Assembly (NCBI GenBank): GCA_045106415.1
Contig: JBGCEP010000026.1
Location: forward strand, 11,152 to 75,151
From: Oligoflexales bacterium
GTDB taxonomy: Bacteria; Bdellovibrionota_B; Oligoflexia; Oligoflexales; Bog-1112
DNA length: 64,000 nt
Reading direction: 5' to 3'
Below, piece by piece: positions 1 to 8,410 of the stretch. Under the pieces are notes generated by a model. That model searched no databases and was not told the DNA's origin. It saw only the letters and a list, made by a program, of their open reading frames with translations. The position numbers and the translations under genes were made by a program. The stretch's first letter is position 1. The number at the start of each line of letters is the position of its first letter.

Positions 1-2382
1 TTGAATGCTGTTCATTCTGAGCATCAAAAAAACCTTCAAGATGATTTGTGGAGAACGCGCTCTATTCTTCGTCTGTTGCATAAAGACGGCCATCCCAGGC
101 AAAAGTTTTCAACAGGTGACCGAAGTACTCTTGGGGGAGTGAGTCGTGAAGAATTGTTAAATTTTTATCAAACTTATTATTCTTCTAATCAAATGCGTTT
201 GGTTGTGATGGATCGTACAGATCTTGATAGTTTAGAAAAAATGGTTCAAGAAAAATTTTCCGAAGTCCCTAAACAACATAGAGAGAGCGTGAAGGTTGAT
301 CAGAATATTTTTGATCAAAAACAGCTACCTCGTTTGGTTGCAGTTGAACCTGTGAAAGACTTAAGAAGACTTTCATTTGTGTTTGCGGCACCATCTCCAT
401 TGTCTTACTGGAAAACAAAACCAGGTTCTGCAATTAGTCATATTTTAGGCTATGAGGGCGCGGGGTCCTTACTCTCTTGGCTCAAGCATGAAGATTTAGC
501 TACAGGTTTGAGTGCGTGGTTAGAGCCATCAAGCTATGCAGGAGTTTTTCATTTTGATGTGGACTTAACTGAAAAAGGTCTAAAAGAATATGAAGAGGTT
601 GTTGCTGCATTCTTTGGTTATATTAATTTAATGAAAAAGAGTAGCTACCCAAAACATATACATCATGAACAGCAAGCGATGTCCGCTATTAATTATGTAT
701 ATGCAGATGGCTTAGAAGGAGTGGGAGCGGCTTCTCGATATGCAAGTCTAATGCACAGGTATCCAGCGCTACTTTTAGATCAAAGAGATCAACTTATTGA
801 AGAGTATAGTGATGAAGATTATAAACTCTTTTTAAATGTGATTCAGCCAGAGAATTTGAATTTATTCTTAATTGCTCACGATGTCCCTACAGATCAAGTT
901 GAAGAATTTTATAAAACGAAATATCAAGTCTCTGCTATCGAAAAAGAAAAGTCAGAGCTATGGAAAGTTAGTGTACCGCACAAAGATATGACTCTGCCGT
1001 CTGAGAATGTATTTATTCCAGATCATTTAAGTTTGCAAGAAGTGGACGCAAAGCCAAGAAAAATTATAGACGAGCCATGGGGAGTCATCTGGGCTCAACA
1101 TGATCAACAGTTCGATCTTCCTAAGTCTTATGTAAGACTGCATCTAATGACTCCTTATACAGGGGGTGATGCACGGCATAAAATGATGTCGGTTTTATAT
1201 ACAATGGTTATTCATGAAGCTTTAAATGAGTGGAAGTATGATTTAAGTATGGCAGGCCTTGATGTGAATATTGTGAGAAGCGATGAGGGTGTGCTGCTTG
1301 ATGTAGCGGGCTACTCTGAGCGTCTCCCTTTATTGATAGAAGAAACATTAGGTCGATTGAATGATATAGCTATTGATAAAACACGATTTGCAACTGTGAA
1401 AGCTGACTTGCAACGAACGATTGAAAATTCTCGCTTGGACGCTGAATATCAGCAAGCATTGTATGAGGCTCGGTTTATCTTAGACGATCGAAGTAATCAT
1501 CGAGAAGAGTATTATGACCCTAGCCAGAAAATTGATCTTTTAACAGCTGTGACGTTAGAAGATTTACAAATGTGGTTAAGAAGTTTGTATCAAAATGTTT
1601 ATATCGAAGGCTCTGCTTTTGGTAATTTTGACTATGATGAAATTTCTGAAGCCTGTCGTAAAGGATATCGTAAGCTTAATGCGCAACCATTAAGTAAAGA
1701 AGAAATTGCAAAAACTCGTAGTTCTCGATATCAACTAGATCAAGAATACGGACTATTAAAATCAAATCCGCAATCGAATAATCATGTTTGGCTTATGGCT
1801 ACACAAGTTGGTGCTCGCACAGATGAACTCAGTGCAATCTTGCGAATAGGTCAAAATATTCTAAAAAGTAGTTTTTATACTGAGCTAAGAACAAAGCAAC
1901 AGTTAGGCTATATTGTTCATAGCGGTATGAACAATCATACGACTGTTTTAGGTCTTTTGTTTCTTGTGCAATCTTCTGATTATGATTCTATGCAGATTGA
2001 TGAAAGAGCACGAGCGTGGATGAAAACAGCTGTCGAAGAGTTAAAGAATTTAACAGAAGATCAATTTGAAGTTTATAAACAAGGTGTGATTTCATCGCTC
2101 CTTGAAAAGCCTCAAAATCTTTATGAAGCTCATGAAAGTTTCTTTTTTGAGAGCATTGAGCTCAAGGGACAGTTTGGTTATCGAGCGCAGATAGCTGAAA
2201 TTGCTAAAACGATTACAAAGAAAAATGTCGAAGAGGTGTTTGAAAAACACTTTAACAATCTTAAATCAATGAGTATTTACTTGGTTGCTGGTGATAAAAA
2301 AGTAAAACCTCATAAAGATGTTAAACAACTCTTAGATGTTTCAAAGTTTCGCAAAGAACAAGGTACTTGGCCTTCTGAGTAA
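1..2382 (+). CDS. M16-family insulinase/pitrilysin-like zinc peptidase (5' end outside window)
   Basis: The frame is open from base 1 to TAA at 2380-2382. 'NAVHSEHQKNLQDDLWR' resembles the conserved distal-glutamate segment of insulin-degrading-enzyme-type M16A peptidases, and more than 790 aa are present. The HxxEH zinc motif would lie upstream of the window. Confidence 0.8.
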   Translation: MNAVHSEHQKNLQDDLWRTRSILRLLHKDGHPRQKFSTGDRSTLGGVSREELLNFYQTYYSSNQMRLVVMDRTDLDSLEKMVQEKFSEVPKQHRESVKVDQNIFDQKQLPRLVAVEPVKDLRRLSFVFAAPSPLSYWKTKPGSAISHILGYEGAGSLLSWLKHEDLATGLSAWLEPSSYAGVFHFDVDLTEKGLKEYEEVVAAFFGYINLMKKSSYPKHIHHEQQAMSAINYVYADGLEGVGAASRYASLMHRYPALLLDQRDQLIEEYSDEDYKLFLNVIQPENLNLFLIAHDVPTDQVEEFYKTKYQVSAIEKEKSELWKVSVPHKDMTLPSENVFIPDHLSLQEVDAKPRKIIDEPWGVIWAQHDQQFDLPKSYVRLHLMTPYTGGDARHKMMSVLYTMVIHEALNEWKYDLSMAGLDVNIVRSDEGVLLDVAGYSERLPLLIEETLGRLNDIAIDKTRFATVKADLQRTIENSRLDAEYQQALYEARFILDDRSNHREEYYDPSQKIDLLTAVTLEDLQMWLRSLYQNVYIEGSAFGNFDYDEISEACRKGYRKLNAQPLSKEEIAKTRSSRYQLDQEYGLLKSNPQSNNHVWLMATQVGARTDELSAILRIGQNILKSSFYTELRTKQQLGYIVHSGMNNHTTVLGLLFLVQSSDYDSMQIDERARAWMKTAVEELKNLTEDQFEVYKQGVISSLLEKPQNLYEAHESFFFESIELKGQFGYRAQIAEIAKTITKKNVEEVFEKHFNNLKSMSIYLVAGDKKVKPHKDVKQLLDVSKFRKEQGTWPSE

Positions 2383-2405
2383 AAAAGAGAGGCTTTTTTA
2401 GCTTC

Positions 2406-3020
2406 TTATGAAGCTTTATGTACGGTGTTTTCAGAGTCTTCATCTTCGGGTGAAGACTCTTTTTCATCCAAGCCATCACGACGTAAAGCATATTTCCAAA
2501 GTAATTGTTGAGATGTGAGATAATCAGAATTGGTGGTTCTAAATCGTTCTACCAGTTCTTCAACACATTTTTTATAAAAGCGTGTTTTGAGATTGTCGCC
2601 TTCTTTTTCTAGGAAATTTTCAAAGACTTCTGCGTCTAGAGAAAATAAGAAACAATTTGCTTCACATCCAACTGTTGCAGAGCGAGGGGCTGAGTCAAAG
2701 AGGCTGAACTCCCCAAAAATAGCCCCGTCTTCTAGCATAGCGAGGCGATGCATTGCATTAGTTGTTGGGTCGTTTTTGTAAATGGAAACTTTTCCATGAA
2801 GGAGGAGAAAAACTCCTCGAGTCGGTTCACCTTCTATAATGGCATAAGCCTTCGGCTTTAGATTGAGGACCTCACCCAAGGAATAAAGACGCAAAAGCTC
2901 ATCGTTTGAAACGTAGGAAAAAAGACTAATCTTACGGAGCTGTTCAGCGCCCCATTTTGGGTCACTGAACTTCTTTTTTAACTCAGAGAGGTCTTCTTGA
3001 AACTCATTGTTGAGATCCAT
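2406..3020 (-). CDS. cyclic-nucleotide-binding (cNMP/CAP-like) domain protein
   Basis: 204-aa ORF. 'GAIFGEFSLFDSAPRSATV' is the classic cNMP-binding beta-roll/phosphate-binding-cassette pattern. It lies 9 nt downstream of the CBS-type gene on the same strand. Confidence 0.8.
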   Translation of the reverse strand: MDLNNEFQEDLSELKKKFSDPKWGAEQLRKISLFSYVSNDELLRLYSLGEVLNLKPKAYAIIEGEPTRGVFLLLHGKVSIYKNDPTTNAMHRLAMLEDGAIFGEFSLFDSAPRSATVGCEANCFLFSLDAEVFENFLEKEGDNLKTRFYKKCVEELVERFRTTNSDYLTSQQLLWKYALRRDGLDEKESSPEDEDSENTVHKAS

Positions 3021-3029
3021 ATCTGCATC

Positions 3030-4400
3030 CTATTGAACATCTTTTGTTGAGCTTGCAATCCACTCAACAAGATCAATTTGAGTGACAATATGAAGCGGTT
3101 TTTTATTTTGATCTACAACGACAACGCATCCGTGGCGGGATAGGACGTCTTGAAGAGTGCGAATAGGGCTCTGAGGACTCACTGTGGCGACTTGGCGAAG
3201 CATGATGTCAACAATCGGTGTGTTCTGACTGTCGGTCATTTCACCTGAAAGAATATGATTCAATAATTCAGATTCCCGGAGAAGACCAATGAGCTTCTGT
3301 TCTTTAATGACAGGGATTTGAGAAAACCCATTTTTTCTCATGATTTCTATCGCTTCAATAGCTGAGCTTTGAGATTCCAGAGAAATGAGAGGAGTGTCAG
3401 AGCGCTTTTGCAAGAGAGTTTCGATTGTTCCGTGAATAGCGTGCTCTTGAGAGTGAAAGTGGTTTCTCTCCATCCATTGGTCGTCTAAAAATTTGCTCAT
3501 ATAATTGCGAACACCATCTGCTAAAATAAGGACACAGTTCTGACCTGCTTGAAGAGTCTTTGCTTCCTGTAATGCAGCATAGAGGACAGACCCTGATGAT
3601 CCACCGCATAGAAGTCCTTCTTCGTGGATGAGGCGTCTTGCAAGTAAGAAAGACTGTCTGTCGTCGGTTTTGACCCATTTGTCGACGAGGCTACGATCAA
3701 GAACATCGGGTACGAAGTCATAGCCAATGCCTTCAACCTTATAACTGCTGACCTGATCCCCACCCCCAAGGATAGAGCCTATGGGATCTGCACCTACGAC
3801 TTTGCAGTTGGGGCGTGTTGCTTTGATTTTTTTTGCGATACCCGTAATAGTACCTCCGGTACCTGCTCCAACAACAACCATATCAACTTTTTGATTGAGA
3901 TCTTCAAGGATTTCAACGGCAGTGCCATGGGTATGAGCACCAGGGTTCGCAGGGTTTGCGTATTGGTCTAAAATATGAGCATTTGGGAGCTCTTTTTGAA
4001 GGCGGATAGCCACTTGGATATGGCTGTCTGGGTGGTCCCAAGCTGCTTCAGTGGGGGTGCGGATAATGCGAGCTCCAAGAGCTTCTAGAACAACTTGTTT
4101 TTCGCGGCTCATTTTTTCAGGCATTGTAATAATGACATTATAACCCTTAACAGCGCCAACAAGAGCAATGCCAATGCCCGTATTGCCAGAAGTTGGTTCA
4201 ATAAGAGTGTCACCAGGACGGATTTTTCCAGAAGCTTCTGCTTCTTCAACCATATGAACTGCAATTCTGTCTTTGACAGAGCCCCCAGGATTTAGGTATT
4301 CACACTTTGCAAAGACGTTGCACTCCAAGTGGCGAGCGACATTTTGTAGCCGAACAAGTGGAGTTTTACCTACAGCTTCGAGAATATTTTGAAAATGCAT
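3030..4400 (-). CDS. cystathionine beta-synthase-type PLP enzyme (CysK/CBS fold plus C-terminal CBS-domain pair)
   Basis: 'NPGGSVKDR' carries the PLP lysine, and '[10 protein letters not shown]' and 'GTGGTITG' are fold-type II motifs. The C-terminal ~120 aa has a tandem CBS-domain-like sequence. 456 aa. Confidence 0.85.
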   Translation of the reverse strand: MHFQNILEAVGKTPLVRLQNVARHLECNVFAKCEYLNPGGSVKDRIAVHMVEEAEASGKIRPGDTLIEPTSGNTGIGIALVGAVKGYNVIITMPEKMSREKQVVLEALGARIIRTPTEAAWDHPDSHIQVAIRLQKELPNAHILDQYANPANPGAHTHGTAVEILEDLNQKVDMVVVGAGTGGTITGIAKKIKATRPNCKVVGADPIGSILGGGDQVSSYKVEGIGYDFVPDVLDRSLVDKWVKTDDRQSFLLARRLIHEEGLLCGGSSGSVLYAALQEAKTLQAGQNCVLILADGVRNYMSKFLDDQWMERNHFHSQEHAIHGTIETLLQKRSDTPLISLESQSSAIEAIEIMRKNGFSQIPVIKEQKLIGLLRESELLNHILSGEMTDSQNTPIVDIMLRQVATVSPQSPIRTLQDVLSRHGCVVVVDQNKKPLHIVTQIDLVEWIASSTKDVQ

Positions 4401-4622
4401 GAAACACCTATATCAATGATTTTAAGATCTCATAATATCCTGTGGGGATCAGTGAAGCAAGGACCTTTCTCTATGATTTGGAGCTGAGAAATATGGTTTT
4501 AAGAAGATTTAATTTGTTATTGAGATTTCCTGAGTTGATAGAGTAATTTATTGGAATAAGTTTTTTTGTTGTTCTGTCTAATTTGCAGAGAGAATGTTTA
4601 TGTCAGAGTCGTAGAGGTTGTT

Positions 4623-4976
4623 GTGAGTTATTGTTATCATTGTCAGTACGAATTTCAGCATCAAGAAACGATCTCACGAAGAGATGAATGTCCTCAGTGT
4701 CATAAAGATATGAGAGCTTGCTATAACTGTCGGTTTTTTGACGAACAATCCTCTCGTCAATGCACAGAGAGTCAAGCAGATTTGATTTCAGATAAAGAAA
4801 AAGCGAATTTTTGTGGTTGGTTTAAGATAGGAAATCATGAAATTCAGAGTACAGATTTTTCTAAAACACATGCCCATCTAGCTGCTCTCTTCTCAACATC
4901 ATTTGTGAATACAGTGGAAGAAACTGAGACTGTGAACCTAGAAAATCAATTGAAAGATTTTATGAAATCCCGGTAA
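4623..4976 (+). CDS. Cys-rich zinc-ribbon-like hypothetical protein
   Basis: The track ORF is 4566-4976. GTG at 4623 is preceded by GAGG, so I prefer it as the start. Cys pairs CYHC, CPQC and CYNC plus further Cys residues suggest zinc ribbons. I recognise no family. Confidence 0.5.
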   Translation: MSYCYHCQYEFQHQETISRRDECPQCHKDMRACYNCRFFDEQSSRQCTESQADLISDKEKANFCGWFKIGNHEIQSTDFSKTHAHLAALFSTSFVNTVEETETVNLENQLKDFMKSR

Positions 4977-5118
4977 GTGAATTTTTCCTACTCTGAAGAA
5001 TTTACAAAAGCATGAGATATCAAGGGGTTTTTATGTGTTTTGTCAAAGTCTTGACACCTCTTTGACTCTAAATTGACGTAATGAAAAAATAAGTTGAGCT
5101 CCTTTTATAGAGAAACTT

Positions 5119-6147
5119 ATGATTTTCACCCAATCTGTTCTTGCGATTGATATAGGTTCTTCCTCTGTAAAAATTGCGCGCATTGATCGGCAGCGAGTTA
5201 GTTTAATAGATCATGAAGTTTTACCAGAAGAATGTGTTGTTGATGGAATATTGCAGAATGGCGATGTTCTGTATGAAACACTTAATGATCTTTTATCTCG
5301 TAATGGTATTGGAAAATATCAGAGATTTTTGACAAGAGTCGGTTTATCCCTTGGGGGAACAGCTGTGCTTATGAAAAAAATAGATCTTGCTGTTTCTGAA
5401 GGAGATATAGATACAACTGTTTATTATGAAGCTGAGCAGCAGCTGCAACATCCTCTGGAAGAATTATATGTAAGCTATCACCTTCAAGAGCGGCAAGAGA
5501 ATGATTATGCTTATCCTATTATTGTTGCCGGTGCCAGACGAGAAGTTGTTGATGACTATGTTGAACTGTTACACCGTCTGGATCTAAAAATCGGTGTGAT
5601 TGATTGTGACTCCTTTTGTATTTCAAATATGTTTGAGGCAAATTATGGGGCGCAACCTGGTTCTATTGTTCTAATGAATGTTGGTGCCTCGTCGGTGCAG
5701 TTGAATTTAATTGAAGAAGGTTTCTGGGTAAACTCTTCGGAGATACCTTTAGGGGGCCATTATTATTCAAGAACTTTAGCTGGACGATTAGGAGTTGAAG
5801 CGTCAGAAGCAGAGGCTATTAAAATTGCATGCAGCTCTTCTTCTGGAGGTACGACAGAAGCTATGGCTGTTCTTCAAGAGGTGAACCAACAGCTTCTTGA
5901 AGAGATGAGAAGGACTCTCGAGTTTTTTGGAGTTCAGGTTTTGCAATCCATTTTTTTGTCAGGTGGGAGTTCTCGCATTCTTGGGCTGGCAAACACTTTA
6001 TCTTCAGGGTTAGGAACAACTGTTAATTTGCTGAATCCTTTTCTTAATATTGAATTACCAAATCGTTTTGAATCGAAGCTTAAAGATAGTCATTTATACG
6101 CAAATGTGATTGGCCTTGGGCTAAGAAGTTATGAAAGGAGGTTTTAG
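5119..6147 (+). CDS. pilM: type IV pilus assembly protein PilM (actin-like ATPase fold)
   Basis: The N-terminus 'LAIDIGSSSVKIARI' and the later 'MNVGASSVQLNL' and 'FLSGGSSRILGL' are PilM/FtsA-like phosphate motifs. 342 aa. It is the first gene of the pilMNOPQ order. Confidence 0.85.
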   Translation: MIFTQSVLAIDIGSSSVKIARIDRQRVSLIDHEVLPEECVVDGILQNGDVLYETLNDLLSRNGIGKYQRFLTRVGLSLGGTAVLMKKIDLAVSEGDIDTTVYYEAEQQLQHPLEELYVSYHLQERQENDYAYPIIVAGARREVVDDYVELLHRLDLKIGVIDCDSFCISNMFEANYGAQPGSIVLMNVGASSVQLNLIEEGFWVNSSEIPLGGHYYSRTLAGRLGVEASEAEAIKIACSSSSGGTTEAMAVLQEVNQQLLEEMRRTLEFFGVQVLQSIFLSGGSSRILGLANTLSSGLGTTVNLLNPFLNIELPNRFESKLKDSHLYANVIGLGLRSYERRF

Positions 6148-6152
6148 TTGAA

Positions 6153-6911
6153 TTGATTTTTATAAACCTGACACCTCCTGAAGAGATTGAAAATAATTAC
6201 TGGTATGTTCCAGATGTCGCAGCTGTTTTACTTGCTTTCTTTTTAAGCCATTCTGTTTTTACATGGATGAAGGCAGAGATTCGTAATGATATCGATTTAA
6301 TTGAGAATAAAAGAGCGACAATCGCACAGAATATGGAAGAAATTAAGCCTCAAGTAAAAAGATATAAAGAAATAAACAAAGAAATGAATGAGCTCCGAGA
6401 GCGGATTCAAGCTTTGAAAAATCTAACAATTTCTGAATTAACAAGATTTAGGCCTGTGATTATTTTAGAACAAATTCAAACTTTAATGCCTAAAGGTGTG
6501 TGGCTCATTGATATGAGGCTAGATGTTGATCAAAAAGCGTTATCTATTCAAGGTGGAGCTTTAGATAATTTATTAGTTGCTGAATTTATGAATATATTAA
6601 AATCTACTTCTCAAGAAGAAATTTATCCAGGTGATATGCGAACTCAGATTTATTTCTCTCATGTGTTATTGCAACAAGTAAGTAAAGGTAACGCAAACCC
6701 TGTTGATGAGGCTGTTCAGGGAGATAATCAGGACGCAGCAGCAAATGCTGCTATCGCAAGGATTGCTGAAGCTGAAGGTCGAAATTTTGAAAACCAAGCT
6801 GAGCTGAGAGGTGGTGGAGATCTTGCTGCAGAAAACATTAAATTTACGATGAAAATTCGCTTTGATGAAAGGCGAAGTCAACAAATTATTCGTGACCTGG
6901 GTGAGTTATGA
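6153..6911 (+). CDS. pilN: PilN-like pilus alignment protein
   Basis: TTG start with AAGGAGG 11 nt upstream. The N-terminal 'INLTP' box and a single TM are typical of PilN, and the gene sits between pilM and pilO. It has an unusual ~70-aa C-terminal extension. Confidence 0.65.
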   Translation: MIFINLTPPEEIENNYWYVPDVAAVLLAFFLSHSVFTWMKAEIRNDIDLIENKRATIAQNMEEIKPQVKRYKEINKEMNELRERIQALKNLTISELTRFRPVIILEQIQTLMPKGVWLIDMRLDVDQKALSIQGGALDNLLVAEFMNILKSTSQEEIYPGDMRTQIYFSHVLLQQVSKGNANPVDEAVQGDNQDAAANAAIARIAEAEGRNFENQAELRGGGDLAAENIKFTMKIRFDERRSQQIIRDLGEL

Positions 6912-7558
6912 CAAAAGAAGAAGCTTTAGAAAGATACCAAGGAATTAAACTTCCTTTAAGAATTCTTTTAAGTTTATCTTTTGGTTTGAGCTACCCTGTT
7001 TTAGAAGCTTTGGAAGATATTCCTTCTTTAACTGAAGATGTTGAGCTATCAGAAAGAAAACTGTCGTCAGAAGAAACAAAGTACCGAAGAGAATTAAAGA
7101 CTATAAGCGATCTGCCACTGCTAGAGAACTCATTATCTGAAATCAGGAGAAACTTAGAAATTACTAGAAATAAACTTCCTGATGAATTTAAAATTGATGA
7201 AATTTTAGCAATGATATCTCACAATGCGAATCTGTCTGGTGTTGATATACAAGTTTTTTCACCTGAAGAAAATGAGCAAGCTTTTCAGCAACTAAGATAT
7301 GTTTCTCAGAGAGTTCAGATTTCGTTACAAGGGCAATACGTCGCTATTGCTGATTTTTTAGATAGAGTTTTGCATCTTAAACTCTTAATGCATGCTGTCG
7401 ATTTAAGTCTATCACCAGCAGAAGCAGAAGGAAATAATGATCAAAATGGAAACAGCTTAAAATTAAAAGGTATTGTTAAGTTTAATATTTTTCGAACAAT
7501 GAAAGACTCGGAAACAGCAGCAATTAACAATGGAATAGTCGAAGAGAGGAAAGGGTAA
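6908..7558 (+). CDS. pilO: PilO-like pilus alignment protein
   Basis: ATGA overlap with pilN. It has an N-terminal TM, a coiled-coil segment and a ~216 aa size. The call rests on position and architecture. Confidence 0.6.
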   Translation: MTKEEALERYQGIKLPLRILLSLSFGLSYPVLEALEDIPSLTEDVELSERKLSSEETKYRRELKTISDLPLLENSLSEIRRNLEITRNKLPDEFKIDEILAMISHNANLSGVDIQVFSPEENEQAFQQLRYVSQRVQISLQGQYVAIADFLDRVLHLKLLMHAVDLSLSPAEAEGNNDQNGNSLKLKGIVKFNIFRTMKDSETAAINNGIVEERKG

Positions 7559-8400
7559 TGAACATTATGAAAATATTTATTCTTTTAACTCTACCTTTTC
7601 TTATGGCGCAAGTTCCTCTTAACGAACCCGCGAGTTCCTCTAATTTTTTATCAGAATCGGATACAGATAAAAAAGTAGATAATAAAGAAGAGACTTCTGA
7701 ACTTGACCGAAGAGCTGCTGATTCTTTAGTTGGGCTTTTTTGGGAAAGCTATGGTGATGAAGAATCAAAAGAAATCGCAACAATTGAACAAAAAGTAAGA
7801 CTTGGAGACTCAAGGGAACCTATTTCGGAATATCGATATGCATCATTTTATCAAGCAGACCCTTTTGTTGAGCCTAAAGCGACAATTTTAGAAAAAAAAC
7901 TAGAAATCCCAATTACAAATCAATTGCAGCGTTATGATACACAAGCTTTATCTGTAAAAGGAATATGGCAAGACTCTCAAGGGGTACGAAAAGCTCTAAT
8001 TTTAGCATCTGATAATGTCGCTGTTGTTGCAAAAATAGGTGATGCAGTAGGACGTCGAGGAGGGCGGATTACTGAGATGGAAAAAGATAGAGTTATCGTC
8101 AGAGAGTTTTATTTCTCAGATGAAGGAAATAGACAGTTTCAAGATGTTTCTGTATGGAATGGTGGGATTACTCGTGAAGAAAAAGATTCGAAAATAGAAA
8201 TGAGTTCTCAAGTAACCTTAGAATCCATGGATGGCTTAGGATTTTTGGAAAGAAAAGAAATTTTAGAAAGAAAAGAACTTCAAAAGATAGAGAAGAATCG
8301 TATATCTCAAGCGGATAAAATAAAGCAAGAAAATAATCAGAATGCACCAAATAATCAATTGCCAGGTGGTTTAGGTGCTAATGACATTCCTGCGCAATAA
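7558..8400 (+). CDS. pilP: PilP-like periplasmic protein
   Basis: TAATG overlap with pilO and a signal peptide 'MKIFILLTLPFLMAQ'. The core 'LSVKGIWQDSQGVRKALILASDNVAVVAKIGDAVGRRGGRITEMEKDRVIV' fits the PilP beta-sandwich pattern. Confidence 0.6.
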   Translation: MNIMKIFILLTLPFLMAQVPLNEPASSSNFLSESDTDKKVDNKEETSELDRRAADSLVGLFWESYGDEESKEIATIEQKVRLGDSREPISEYRYASFYQADPFVEPKATILEKKLEIPITNQLQRYDTQALSVKGIWQDSQGVRKALILASDNVAVVAKIGDAVGRRGGRITEMEKDRVIVREFYFSDEGNRQFQDVSVWNGGITREEKDSKIEMSSQVTLESMDGLGFLERKEILERKELQKIEKNRISQADKIKQENNQNAPNNQLPGGLGANDIPAQ

Positions 8401-8410
8401 AGAGGTTATT

